In this document: one piece after another, positions 42,210 through 51,558 of the stretch
Position numbering within the stretch: position 1 is the stretch's first letter
Layout: every line of letters begins with the position of its first letter
From: Thermodesulfobacteriota bacterium
GTDB lineage: Bacteria; Desulfobacterota_D; UBA1144; Nemesobacterales; UBA2774
NCBI GenBank assembly: GCA_965216785.1
Contig: OZ244197.1
Coordinates: 1 to 64,000 of the forward strand
DNA: 64,000 nt
Reading direction: 5' to 3'
Notes under the pieces: model-generated
The model's database searches: none
What the model was told of the DNA's origin: nothing
What the model saw: the letters and a program-made list of their open reading frames with translations, nothing else
Made by a program: the position numbers and the translations under genes

Positions 42210-43520
42210 CTATCTCCCAAACGCCCCACCTATGAAAAACCCGTCCTTTATGGACTCGGCAATGCCTTGGAACACCCACCTGCCATAGCGGCCTATCTGA
42301 TAGACTCCTTTTTTCTCAAGCTCTTTTATGGCATCTTCGCGCCAGCTGGAACCCGGCATAGACCAAGTGTAAGCAACGTCTATCCACGTAGGGTCTACAG
42401 TCTCGGCTTTGGTAATAAATCCCCAGGATTTAAGCTCTTTTACTACGGAGTCTGAGTATTTTTTGATCTCTTTTGCGCTTGGCTTTTTACCGTTTTGGTA
42501 GGCTTTTTCAACATATATGCTCACTCGGTTATTGGCTTTCCTTGAACTTTTGGGCATAAAAGAAACATCTACATTTGTATAGAACCCAACCCTGTGAAAC
42601 TTGGAATCGCTATCTGGGATGTAGAGCCAGTGATCCTCGGGACATTTTCTGCCTTTAGTAGCGCCGATATTGAGTACCAGAACCGAAGTGTAATTGGATG
42701 GCTCCTGATCGATTTTTACTCCCGCCATCTCCATAGCTTTATTTAGCGGCAGGGTAGATATAAGGCTTTTATAATGCGATCCCGAGCCGTCTGAAAAAAT
42801 TACTTCCTTCTTCTTTGTATTTATTTCAGCTACTTGTTTGTCATAGTTTACTTTGCAGTCTGCAGCCATTTTCTGGGCCATGGTGTTAAGACCTTGCTTT
42901 GGATATAGATACGTAACGTTGTATCCGACAGCGGGTGGAGCTTTGTCCATTGCCCCCTGCACTGCCACTTTAAGATCCACAGGGGATTTATAGGCGTCCT
43001 GAGGGGCAATATCAGTCCATAGTCCTGCCGTATAGAGTTCGTGAAACGGGGCGAAGAAAAGCTCCATTAGCGTTTTTCCAAAACTCTTCTCGAGCCAGTC
43101 CCCCATTGTCCGGGGGGTACCTTCCGGAGCGTTTATAATCTCGCTGATAGCTAGTGACGCTGTCTTTTTCCCTAGGTAGCTCAAATGGTTTTGTATTGGA
43201 TATGGAACATAAAGGTCTTGTTTACTAAAATAGACTGCCGATTTTCTCTTGTACGATTTAACCGGAGTAAGTGATTTAATATAACGCAGTATCGCGGGGT
43301 CGCCGCCGAAAATCCAGTGTCCCCCGCCTATCTCGAACCTGTAGGCTTCCTCATCTTCAGGCGCTTTAAAGAGCTTCTTATTGCTCCCTGGTTTTAAATA
43401 ATACGAAGAGCAGATTCCACCCGGCACGTCCTGTGCTTCAAATACCGGCAGACCGGAAACAAGTCCCGCGGCAAGACCCGTAATCCCGCCGCCTAAAATT
43501 AGATTGTTAGAGTTTTTCAC
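42210..43520 (-). CDS. FAD-dependent oxidoreductase (protoporphyrinogen oxidase/UDP-galactopyranose mutase-like)
   Basis: ILGGGITGLAAG, E...PGG.C.S, GGHW.F, Y.YP..G, IST.PL, GRYG.W. Confidence 0.75.
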   Translation of the reverse strand: MKNSNNLILGGGITGLAAGLVSGLPVFEAQDVPGGICSSYYLKPGSNKKLFKAPEDEEAYRFEIGGGHWIFGGDPAILRYIKSLTPVKSYKRKSAVYFSKQDLYVPYPIQNHLSYLGKKTASLAISEIINAPEGTPRTMGDWLEKSFGKTLMELFFAPFHELYTAGLWTDIAPQDAYKSPVDLKVAVQGAMDKAPPAVGYNVTYLYPKQGLNTMAQKMAADCKVNYDKQVAEINTKKKEVIFSDGSGSHYKSLISTLPLNKAMEMAGVKIDQEPSNYTSVLVLNIGATKGRKCPEDHWLYIPDSDSKFHRVGFYTNVDVSFMPKSSRKANNRVSIYVEKAYQNGKKPSAKEIKKYSDSVVKELKSWGFITKAETVDPTWIDVAYTWSMPGSSWREDAIKELEKKGVYQIGRYGRWVFQGIAESIKDGFFIGGAFGR

Positions 43521-43636
43521 TTTAATTTTTTCCGTCCTCCATAAAAGTTAGATCAATATATAACATGTTTAAGCCAAAGATTACAAATTTCGCACGTACA
43601 CAAAATTTGGCAGAGCGGCCAGCAGTACTTTCAGAG

Positions 43637-45628
43637 CTAGATTACCGCTGTAATATTTCCCCACTTATCTACTTCACATTTATATTCAGGTGTAATAAAT
43701 AGGGTCGAGGTTTTCTCTAGTACAATTGCAGGACCTCTGAATTTAAATCCCGGGTAAAACTCCTCCCTCCTATATATCTTAGCGTTTATTTCTTTGCCGC
43801 TTAAAATAAGAGTGCTTTTGATAAAGCTCGCTTTTCTCTTTGTTGCTATAAGCTCGGGCTGTGCGAGTTTCTTTTTCTTGCTGACTGCTCTTAAACGGAG
43901 TGTGACGACCTCGGTTTCACTTTCGGTCTTCATATATCCAAATAGCTTTTTGTGCTTTTTATGGAATGCTCTTATGAAATTCTTACCGAAGGGTATTGTA
44001 ATTTCATGGGCCTGCCTCTTATATCTCATATCGAGAAAGCGCTCGAATTTTAACTTGCCGCCCCCTATATCATCTTGAGCTTTACGCTCTAATTGTTTGA
44101 AACTCCCTTGAATTTTAGAGAGCGTTGCCTGTTTCTCAGTTAAGAATCTAGTTAAACTGTAGTCCCTGAACGTATCCGCCATAAGCATACCCATAGCGGA
44201 CAAAACTCCCGGGTCTTTTGGAAATATCACGGTGTTAATCTCCATATCCCGGGCAAGCTCGCACGAGTGAAGACCTCCAGCTCCGCCAAAAGATACAAGG
44301 GCAAAATCCCTTGGATCGTAACCCCTGCCAATCGAGATAACCCGAAGCGCCCTTTCCATGTTTGCGTTTGCTACCTTGATAACACCTTCGGACACTTCAC
44401 GAATAGTCATTTTCAGATCTCTGGCGAGCTTACCTAGCGCAGTTTTAGACTTAGATAGATAAATCCTCATCTGCCCTCCGAGAAACCATTTCGGATCAAT
44501 CCTGCCAAGAACGACATTTGCATCCGTTACAGTCGGGAAAGAACCCTTACCATAACAGGCCGGTCCGGGATCGGCGCCCGCGCTTTCGGGACCTACTTTA
44601 AGCACTCCCCCAGAATCAACATAGGCAATTGAGCCTCCTCCCGCCCCAATTGTCGTGACATCAATCATAGGGACTTTGATGGCAACTCCGTCAATGTGCA
44701 TCTCTGTAGTAAACCCTGGAGCGTTGTCACAGAGGGAAACGTCTGTTGACGTTCCTCCCATATCGTAACCAATAACCTTGCTATAACCCATTTCCCTAGC
44801 GACTCCGAAGCTCCCTACTACGCCCCCCGCGGGACCTGAAAGAAGTATCCTCACGGGTTCATCCGCCGCTTGATCGGGTGTTATGACACCACCGCTTGAC
44901 TGCATAATAGATACCTGGTTCTTATTTTGGCCATTCCCAAGCTTTTTATCCAGGTTATTGTTTTTGTTGATGTTTTCTGAGAGAGCAGTCATATAAGACC
45001 TTACTTTTGGAAGGAGATAAGAGTTTGCGACAACAGTTGAGGTCCTCTCATATTCCCTGAACTCAGGCAGTATCTCCGATGAAACTGAGACCGGTATATT
45101 GAGGCTTCTCAAATACTCCGCTACTCTCTTTTCATTTTCGGGATTCGCGTAGGAATGTAGAAATGATAGCGCAATACCTTCTACTCGGAGCTCCTTAAGT
45201 TTAATAAGAAGCTTTTTTAAATCAGCCGCTTTAACCTCTAATTCGACTCTACCCTCAAAAGTGGTTCTTTCCTTTATTCCCAACCTGCAGTTTTTGTCCA
45301 CTAGCGGCTTTGGAGCTTCCCAGAAAATATCGTAGAGCTCACCCCTGTTCTGTCTTCCGATTTCGATTACGTCTTCGAATCCCTCAGTTGTAATGAGCGC
45401 AAGACGCGCGCCTTTTCTCTCAAGAAGGGCATTTGTTGCAACAGTGCTTCCGTGGACAATGTTTAGCCCTACTCCTCGGGTATCGCCCTCAGTAATGTGT
45501 GCGAGCCCCGACAAGATAGCCTTTGAGGGATCTTCAGGGGTTGATGGTACTTTATAAGTTCGGAGCTCCGAGCCGTCATATACAACGAAGTCTGTAAATG
45601 TCCCTCCGGTATCTATGCCGATAAGCAT
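43637..45628 (-). CDS. hydantoinase/oxoprolinase family protein (subunit A)
   Basis: [61 protein letters not shown]. Confidence 0.93.
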   Translation of the reverse strand: MLIGIDTGGTFTDFVVYDGSELRTYKVPSTPEDPSKAILSGLAHITEGDTRGVGLNIVHGSTVATNALLERKGARLALITTEGFEDVIEIGRQNRGELYDIFWEAPKPLVDKNCRLGIKERTTFEGRVELEVKAADLKKLLIKLKELRVEGIALSFLHSYANPENEKRVAEYLRSLNIPVSVSSEILPEFREYERTSTVVANSYLLPKVRSYMTALSENINKNNNLDKKLGNGQNKNQVSIMQSSGGVITPDQAADEPVRILLSGPAGGVVGSFGVAREMGYSKVIGYDMGGTSTDVSLCDNAPGFTTEMHIDGVAIKVPMIDVTTIGAGGGSIAYVDSGGVLKVGPESAGADPGPACYGKGSFPTVTDANVVLGRIDPKWFLGGQMRIYLSKSKTALGKLARDLKMTIREVSEGVIKVANANMERALRVISIGRGYDPRDFALVSFGGAGGLHSCELARDMEINTVIFPKDPGVLSAMGMLMADTFRDYSLTRFLTEKQATLSKIQGSFKQLERKAQDDIGGGKLKFERFLDMRYKRQAHEITIPFGKNFIRAFHKKHKKLFGYMKTESETEVVTLRLRAVSKKKKLAQPELIATKRKASFIKSTLILSGKEINAKIYRREEFYPGFKFRGPAIVLEKTSTLFITPEYKCEVDKWGNITAVI

Positions 45629-45763
45629 TTAGGTATATAGACTCCTCTTATTCAGATTCTAGTAAGGAGAATCTCTGTATTACAAGTATTATTAGAAGTA
45701 TTAAATCGAAATTTAGTAGGGAACAGATCAGAAAGTACATTCCTTAATCAGTTCGAAGGAAAT

Positions 45764-45973
45764 CTAATATTCGTCCTGACCTACAGGGTATACAACTTTA
45801 ACTTTATCCTCTGCAATCTCTCTTAAAGCTGTAACAACGTCCTTATTGTCAGTTTCTTCAGAAAGAGGAACAGCACCTTTAACCAGGAGTCTCGCTCTTT
45901 TCATCGCCGCTACAGATAGTGCGAATCTGTTAACAACCTTCTCTAAACAATCTTCAATGGTTACTCTTGCCAT
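45764..45973 (-). CDS. rpoZ: RNA polymerase subunit omega
   Basis: [13 protein letters not shown]...A..RAR, K..V.ALREIA. Confidence 0.95.
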   Translation of the reverse strand: MARVTIEDCLEKVVNRFALSVAAMKRARLLVKGAVPLSEETDNKDVVTALREIAEDKVKVVYPVGQDEY

Positions 45974-46105
45974 TTGTATTCCTCTCAGTAGGGGGTTTTT
46001 ATTACTACTAAAATATAAGTGAATACAGCAGATATGTAAAGAGACTGGGCCGTGGTCTCGGAATTAGCCCATTATTTAGTTAATATTACATCCGGAGGTA
46101 ATAAA

Positions 46106-46771
46106 ATGGATTTAGATGATATCAAGTTTGACGATAAAGGCCTGGTTCCCGTAATAGTACAGGACGCCGGTAACGGACAGGTGCTAATGTTTGCCTACGC
46201 GAACAAAGAATCACTTCAAAAAACAGTAGAGACCGGAAATACTCATTTCTGGAGCCGCTCCCGGGAAAAGCTCTGGATGAAGGGGGAAGAATCGGGAAAC
46301 ACGCAAACTGTAAAAGCCATGTATATAGACTGCGATAACGACACAGTACTGGTAGAGGTGGAGCAAAAAGGGGTTGCATGCCACACGGGACAACGCACAT
46401 GTTTTTACCGATCAGCTAAAAAGGTAGAAGAAAGTGCTCCTAGCTTTGTAGAAGACTCAGCAGGAAAAACCCTCCGGGATGTATACAACGTCATAGACGA
46501 TAGAAAGCGCAACCCTAAAGAAGGCTCGTACGTGAGCGGACTCTTTGAGAAGGGGCTTGATAAAATACTAAAGAAAGTAGGCGAAGAAGCGGCAGAAGTT
46601 ATAATCGCTTCAAAGAACAGTGATAAAAAAGAGATTATTTACGAGACCGCGGACCTATGGTTTCACTCCTTGATTACGCTCTCATATGCCGAAATCTCTC
46701 CCGAGGATATATATGGGGAGCTAGGCAGAAGGTTCGGAAAGCCCAAGGAAGCCTACAGAGAAGAATCTTGA
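46106..46771 (+). CDS. hisIE: bifunctional phosphoribosyl-AMP cyclohydrolase/phosphoribosyl-ATP pyrophosphatase
   Basis: SRSR..LW.KGE.SG, DCD.D, ACHTG..TCF, KKVGEEA.EV, E.ADL.FH; ATG at 46106 after GGAGG. Confidence 0.95.
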   Translation: MDLDDIKFDDKGLVPVIVQDAGNGQVLMFAYANKESLQKTVETGNTHFWSRSREKLWMKGEESGNTQTVKAMYIDCDNDTVLVEVEQKGVACHTGQRTCFYRSAKKVEESAPSFVEDSAGKTLRDVYNVIDDRKRNPKEGSYVSGLFEKGLDKILKKVGEEAAEVIIASKNSDKKEIIYETADLWFHSLITLSYAEISPEDIYGELGRRFGKPKEAYREES

Positions 46772-46778
46772 TAGTATT

Positions 46779-48548
46779 CTACTGCTCAGGATATAGACTA
46801 GGCAGCCTTTCCGATCTATAAACTGTCCATCCGTTCATATTCTCGGGATTATCATCCTCTATAGATAGGTCAAAAACCTTCTCAGCCGGTGTTGTATGAG
46901 TTACTTCGATTATGCGTGGTGTGGTTATTGCTGTTGCAATATTATCTGTAGGAACACCTTCAGCATCCTTAGCAACACCTCCGTGAGTGATCAGCACATT
47001 ACCAGTTACAGGCATATAGTCCGCATCGCCAATGAAAGGAGCGTAAAGTATTTCATCCGCAAATTCCCCGAATTCCCAAACCTGCTCTATCTCCATGTTG
47101 TCCAGATCAAGTGAGTATTCCACAGCTCTACTGAAGTTTTCTGACGCGGGGACAGTCTCATCAAAAGGACTTGCTTTCAAATTACCGTTATCGTATATCA
47201 ATATATTTCCGTTAGGCAATACCATAGGTGCATGCTGGTGAAATTGCCAAAGGAAATTCAGTCCGATAGGGTCAAAAAGTAAGTCACCAAAAATATCTGT
47301 ATCCCAGTTAGCATGGGTACCTATTATCCAAGACAGGTCTCCAGTTGCTCTGTCGAATTTGATTACAGCGTCTTGGTGTCTCAAGGAGACAATAATAGAA
47401 TCATCGGATGGATCATATATAACGGCATTTCCATGGCTCCAATCCTTGGTTCCTTGCTCGAATTCAGGAAAGGTCGCATTCCAAAAACCTAAAAGGGAAT
47501 TATATCCTATTCTGAAAGGGTCCAGCATTTCCAGAATAGACCATTCATTTACAATAGTCCCATCTGTTGAGAGCTCTAAAACAGTATCCCCCGCAACAAA
47601 AGCACTCTCAGTCGGGGCTAACGGATCGGTATCACTAGCAGGAAAATTGTCTATTAAAATTACTTCAACGCCTAGTGTAAGTAAATTGCCATTTGGCATC
47701 TCGAACACTTCATGGTGAAACACATCAGTATTTACGACAATACTGTCAGGACCTGCCGTACTACTTAACAGTGTATGCCATTGTCTTACAATATCTCCCA
47801 ACATATTAATTTCAGTAATAGTACTATTACTTTCAATAAATAGAATGTTTCCATTTGATATTCGGGTAACATCACCGTAAGCAACATCATCAAACCTTTT
47901 GTACCAAACGACATCACCTTGTGCATTTACAGCTACTAAAAAAGAGCCTAATTCCGTGTTAGCCACACGTGGTCTCAGAGGAAATATCGTAACACCAGGC
48001 TCCATCATCTCAGGATTACTTGTTACCTCGATCGGGGGGAAACCCTCCGGCAATGGATCGGTGTCTACTAAGATTGGCTGATCAAACTGAGTTTGGTTTC
48101 CGAATGCGTCGCTTACAGTGATCTGAAGCATAAAACTGCCGTCCGGAGTAAAACCTAAAATCGGAAGTGAGTGCTCAATAGCCCGATCATCAAACTCAAT
48201 TGTCAATGACTCGAATGCGCCTCTATTTAGAGTTGTAGTAGTTGTTGTAGCTTCGGTGATTGTAACGCTCACAGATGTAGGCTCATCTGTTCCAAGCTCG
48301 AGCAGTCCCGCAAGCGGGGTGTCCGGGTTGGGCGCCAAAGTGAATATAGGCTGGGACGTGAAAACAGGAGCGGTGTTATCATTTTCTATATTAGAAGAGT
48401 CACCGGATGCGGCATCTCCTTCAAACCCATTGAAATTATCGTCACAGCCTGCAGCCAACAGGATTAATGCAAGAACTGGCACTAATACAATGTAACGATT
48501 AGATAACCTCAGAATATTAAAAAAGTGTAATACTCCGTATTGACCCAT
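46779..48548 (-). CDS. arylsulfate sulfotransferase (ASST) family lipoprotein
   Basis: lipobox LAAGC; N-terminal P..PL.G Ig-like part; HHE, DW.H.NA, SLRHQ and QHAP motifs, ...SRAVEY, YR..R. Confidence 0.88.
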   Translation of the reverse strand: MGQYGVLHFFNILRLSNRYIVLVPVLALILLAAGCDDNFNGFEGDAASGDSSNIENDNTAPVFTSQPIFTLAPNPDTPLAGLLELGTDEPTSVSVTITEATTTTTTLNRGAFESLTIEFDDRAIEHSLPILGFTPDGSFMLQITVSDAFGNQTQFDQPILVDTDPLPEGFPPIEVTSNPEMMEPGVTIFPLRPRVANTELGSFLVAVNAQGDVVWYKRFDDVAYGDVTRISNGNILFIESNSTITEINMLGDIVRQWHTLLSSTAGPDSIVVNTDVFHHEVFEMPNGNLLTLGVEVILIDNFPASDTDPLAPTESAFVAGDTVLELSTDGTIVNEWSILEMLDPFRIGYNSLLGFWNATFPEFEQGTKDWSHGNAVIYDPSDDSIIVSLRHQDAVIKFDRATGDLSWIIGTHANWDTDIFGDLLFDPIGLNFLWQFHQHAPMVLPNGNILIYDNGNLKASPFDETVPASENFSRAVEYSLDLDNMEIEQVWEFGEFADEILYAPFIGDADYMPVTGNVLITHGGVAKDAEGVPTDNIATAITTPRIIEVTHTTPAEKVFDLSIEDDNPENMNGWTVYRSERLPSLYPEQ

Positions 48549-48615
48549 TTATCCTTCCTCCTTTATCAATCAATAATACCTTATTTCGGAAATTCTACTC
48601 AGCTATTTTTTATTC

Positions 48616-49101
48616 TTATCTATTTTTCTTAGGCCTGTCCTTCTCTTCTATATACTCACCTATCTTAGTATTTCTTCTGACCGAGGGGGGAAGGTTGGAA
48701 AGGTCCGGTTTTGGCATATTAGTTGAAAGATCGCTCGTAAAAGCAAAACTAGAGACGACCTTCTCAACTTTCTTAGTGTCGCAAAACGGGCACCTGACTT
48801 TATTCTCGTCCTTATCTTCATAGATAAGCTCGGAAAAACGATAGTTCTTCCCTAGATTGAAAAACACCAGAGTCGTTCCTTCATTAAGATAAAAATCCAA
48901 ATCGACAGCGTCTTTATCACGCTTACCGTGTTCACCCAAGATTGTTTCTTTCTCCGTATCATAAACTACTACATGATTTATATTGTCATACTTCTTAACC
49001 AGCTCGGATACGGTTTTTTTATTCGCTTTATTAGCAATTGACTTCAAAGAATCATCTACGTTTTTCCTGCATACCGTGCATTCATATTCAAATAGCGGCA
49101 T
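48616..49101 (-). CDS. FmdB-type zinc ribbon protein with inserted domain
   Basis: MPLFEYECTVC - 76 aa - RFSELI...CPFC....KVVSSF. Confidence 0.75.
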   Translation of the reverse strand: MPLFEYECTVCRKNVDDSLKSIANKANKKTVSELVKKYDNINHVVVYDTEKETILGEHGKRDKDAVDLDFYLNEGTTLVFFNLGKNYRFSELIYEDKDENKVRCPFCDTKKVEKVVSSFAFTSDLSTNMPKPDLSNLPPSVRRNTKIGEYIEEKDRPKKNR

Positions 49102-49119
49102 CTCACTCCTCCGGATCTA

Positions 49120-49623
49120 TTATCTATTGAAATATTGATTCAGATGGTCCTGACCTACCCAATCGTTTCGCTGCTCTTCATCTTTTTGCTGCTTATACTC
49201 TAAATGCCATTGGAGCTCGTCCCCTGGACCGGGCGCCCTTTTACTTTTATCCTCGAATATGGCTTTAAACGTCGAGAACACTCTCTGAAGACCCTTGCCG
49301 TCACATATCGGGCACCTGAGCTTTTTTTCATCCTTCTTGTCGTAAATTAGCTCGCTGAATCTAAAATTCTTGAGCTCAAGATAAAGGACCTTTTTGTTTT
49401 CAAGAGTATATTTAAATCTTCTTAGCGTCCTGCTATCACTTTTTTCGCCCAAGGCGAAAAGGGGCTTTTTCTTCTTCCCTTCTGTTACTTCTATATAAGT
49501 GAACCCATCGTTACTTTTCTTAATCCTGGACGCATTGGTCTTGTTGAGTTTCTCTACAAGGGTGTCAATGTCTCTGTTATACCTCTCTATGCACTCTTCG
49601 CATTCATATTCAAATAGCGGCAT
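49120..49623 (-). CDS. FmdB-type zinc ribbon protein with inserted domain (paralog)
   Basis: MPLFEYECEEC - 76 aa - RFSELI...CPIC....RVFSTF. Confidence 0.75.
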   Translation of the reverse strand: MPLFEYECEECIERYNRDIDTLVEKLNKTNASRIKKSNDGFTYIEVTEGKKKKPLFALGEKSDSRTLRRFKYTLENKKVLYLELKNFRFSELIYDKKDEKKLRCPICDGKGLQRVFSTFKAIFEDKSKRAPGPGDELQWHLEYKQQKDEEQRNDWVGQDHLNQYFNR

Positions 49624-49710
49624 TATGTCACTCTCCTAATTCGGTAGAGAAATAATAATAACTCAAATTTTAGGTTTGCTCTAGTTATACGTAACCCGGA
49701 CGCAGTGGAT

Positions 49711-49738
49711 TTGACAAAATATCCCCTGCTCAGATACT
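49711..49738 (+). promoter_or_regulatory. candidate sigma70 promoter of the enoyl-CoA hydratase gene
   Basis: TTGACA-N16-GATACT about 38 nt upstream of the ATG. Confidence 0.4.
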
Positions 49739-49776
49739 AATCCAATAACCCCTTATTAAGTATATCGGAAAAAATT

Positions 49777-50568
49777 ATGTCTGTTACAGATGAGCTGATA
49801 GTTGAAGAAAAAGGCGCCATATGCACGCTCAGATTTAATAGAGCAGAGAAGAGGAATTTGCTCACCCCCCAAATGCTGCTTGAGCTTAAGAGCACTTTTG
49901 AGAGACTGGCAGAAGAGAACAGGGTTAGATGTGTCGTTATTACCGGGACGGGGGATAAAGCGTTTTCCTCTGGCTATGATATATCTGCAATTGGGGAAGA
50001 CGATATGATCAGAAACCATGAGGGAGAAAACCCTCTTCCTTTGGCGGCAAGAGCTATTGAAAATTTCCCATACCCAGTGATCGCCATGATGAACGGGCAC
50101 GCATTCGGAGCCGGTCTTGAGATAGCCGTAACGAGCGACATTAGGGTCCTAGCACAAGGCTCTCTATTGGGCATGCCCCCGGCAAAGCTCGGTGTTGTTT
50201 ATTCGTACAGAGGTGTAAAAAAATTCCTGAACCTAATCGGACCCGGATACACAAAAGAGCTCTTTCTTATCGGTAAAGCAATCAACGCAGAGAGAGCTGA
50301 AGCTATGGGGCTTGTGAACTATTTGGTACCAGCAACCGAGTTAGAAAAATTTACTTACAGCCTGGCTGAGGAGATTTCGGAAAACGCTCCTCTATCGCTT
50401 AAGGCTCTTAAGGAAATGACAAAAGTCTGGGAAAGAAAAAAGATTGTGAGTCCGACTGATGAGTCGCTTTTAAGAGAGATGATATTAGATGTACAGAACA
50501 GCGCCGACTATAAAGAGGGGCAGAGGTCATTCTCCGAGAAGAGAAAGCCAAAATTTAAGGGGGAGTAG
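49777..50568 (+). CDS. enoyl-CoA hydratase/isomerase (crotonase) family protein
   Basis: NR.EKRN, TG.G.KAFSSGYDI, PVIA..NG.AFGAGLE, A.NAPLS, S.DY.EG..SF.EKR.P.F.G. Confidence 0.92.
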   Translation: MSVTDELIVEEKGAICTLRFNRAEKRNLLTPQMLLELKSTFERLAEENRVRCVVITGTGDKAFSSGYDISAIGEDDMIRNHEGENPLPLAARAIENFPYPVIAMMNGHAFGAGLEIAVTSDIRVLAQGSLLGMPPAKLGVVYSYRGVKKFLNLIGPGYTKELFLIGKAINAERAEAMGLVNYLVPATELEKFTYSLAEEISENAPLSLKALKEMTKVWERKKIVSPTDESLLREMILDVQNSADYKEGQRSFSEKRKPKFKGE

Positions 50569-50640
50569 ATAGATTGCGAAGCCAGCCATTTCTAAGACTA
50601 ATAATTAACCCATTTAACAACTCTTAATAATATATAATTC

Positions 50641-51537
50641 TCATTTGCCGTAGCCGAATTCACTAATAATACTATCTCTTTCAGTCCACTTATCGCTTAC
50701 TTTAACCCAGAGCTCGAGGAAAACTTTTGTGCCGAGTATGCGCTCAATGTCAGCTCTTGCTAGGCTGCCGATTTCCTTAAGCATCTCACCGTTTTTACCG
50801 ATGATTATACCTTTATGGTTTTTCCTCTCTACATAAACCACGGCGGATATTCGTACCAGATTCTGATCAGGCACGTCCGTAAATTCTTCGATCTGGACCG
50901 CAGCCGAATAAGGTATTTCCTTATGCGTAAGCTGGAAGATCTTTTCCCGTATGAGCTCCGCCGCAAGGAACCTCTCGGGCTGATCCGTGTACATATCCCC
51001 GGGGAAATATTTAGGCCCCTCGGGCAAATGCTCTTCGATCACACGTACAAGCTCCAAAGTGCCGTCAGAGTTCTTCGCCGAGATGGGAATAATGTCCGAG
51101 AATTTCCCTTCGAATTCACGAGAGAGCTCGAGGATGGTGAGGATATCTTTTTTCTTAATCTTATCTATTTTATTTATAACCAGTATTGCGGGCTTGGGCA
51201 GCCTCTCTATGATAAACCTGTCACCCTTTCCGAAGGGGTTATCTACTTCTACCATCATTAGTATAACGTCCGCTTCCTGAGAGGCCGCAACCGCAGTCTG
51301 TACCATCGCTTTGCCGAGCCTGCCTCTGGCTTTGTGAATACCGGGAGTGTCAAGAAATATCATCTGTGACGTGGGAGTGGTTCTGATCCCGAGAATCTTG
51401 TTGCGTGTCGTGTTGGGTTTGTCGGAGACGGCGGCGATCTTCTCCCCTACAAGTGCGTTTATAAGCGTAGACTTGCCTACGTTCGGTCTTCCGATTACTG
51501 AGATAAACCCTGAATGAAATTTCTCTTTATCGCTCAT
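50641..51537 (-). CDS. era: GTPase Era
   Basis: GRPNVGKST, TTR, DTPG, NKID, REK, E.PY, KH domain IIGK.G, LELWVKV. Confidence 0.97.
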   Translation of the reverse strand: MSDKEKFHSGFISVIGRPNVGKSTLINALVGEKIAAVSDKPNTTRNKILGIRTTPTSQMIFLDTPGIHKARGRLGKAMVQTAVAASQEADVILMMVEVDNPFGKGDRFIIERLPKPAILVINKIDKIKKKDILTILELSREFEGKFSDIIPISAKNSDGTLELVRVIEEHLPEGPKYFPGDMYTDQPERFLAAELIREKIFQLTHKEIPYSAAVQIEEFTDVPDQNLVRISAVVYVERKNHKGIIIGKNGEMLKEIGSLARADIERILGTKVFLELWVKVSDKWTERDSIISEFGYGK

Positions 51538-51558
51538 ATGATTAATCCTGCCATGACT

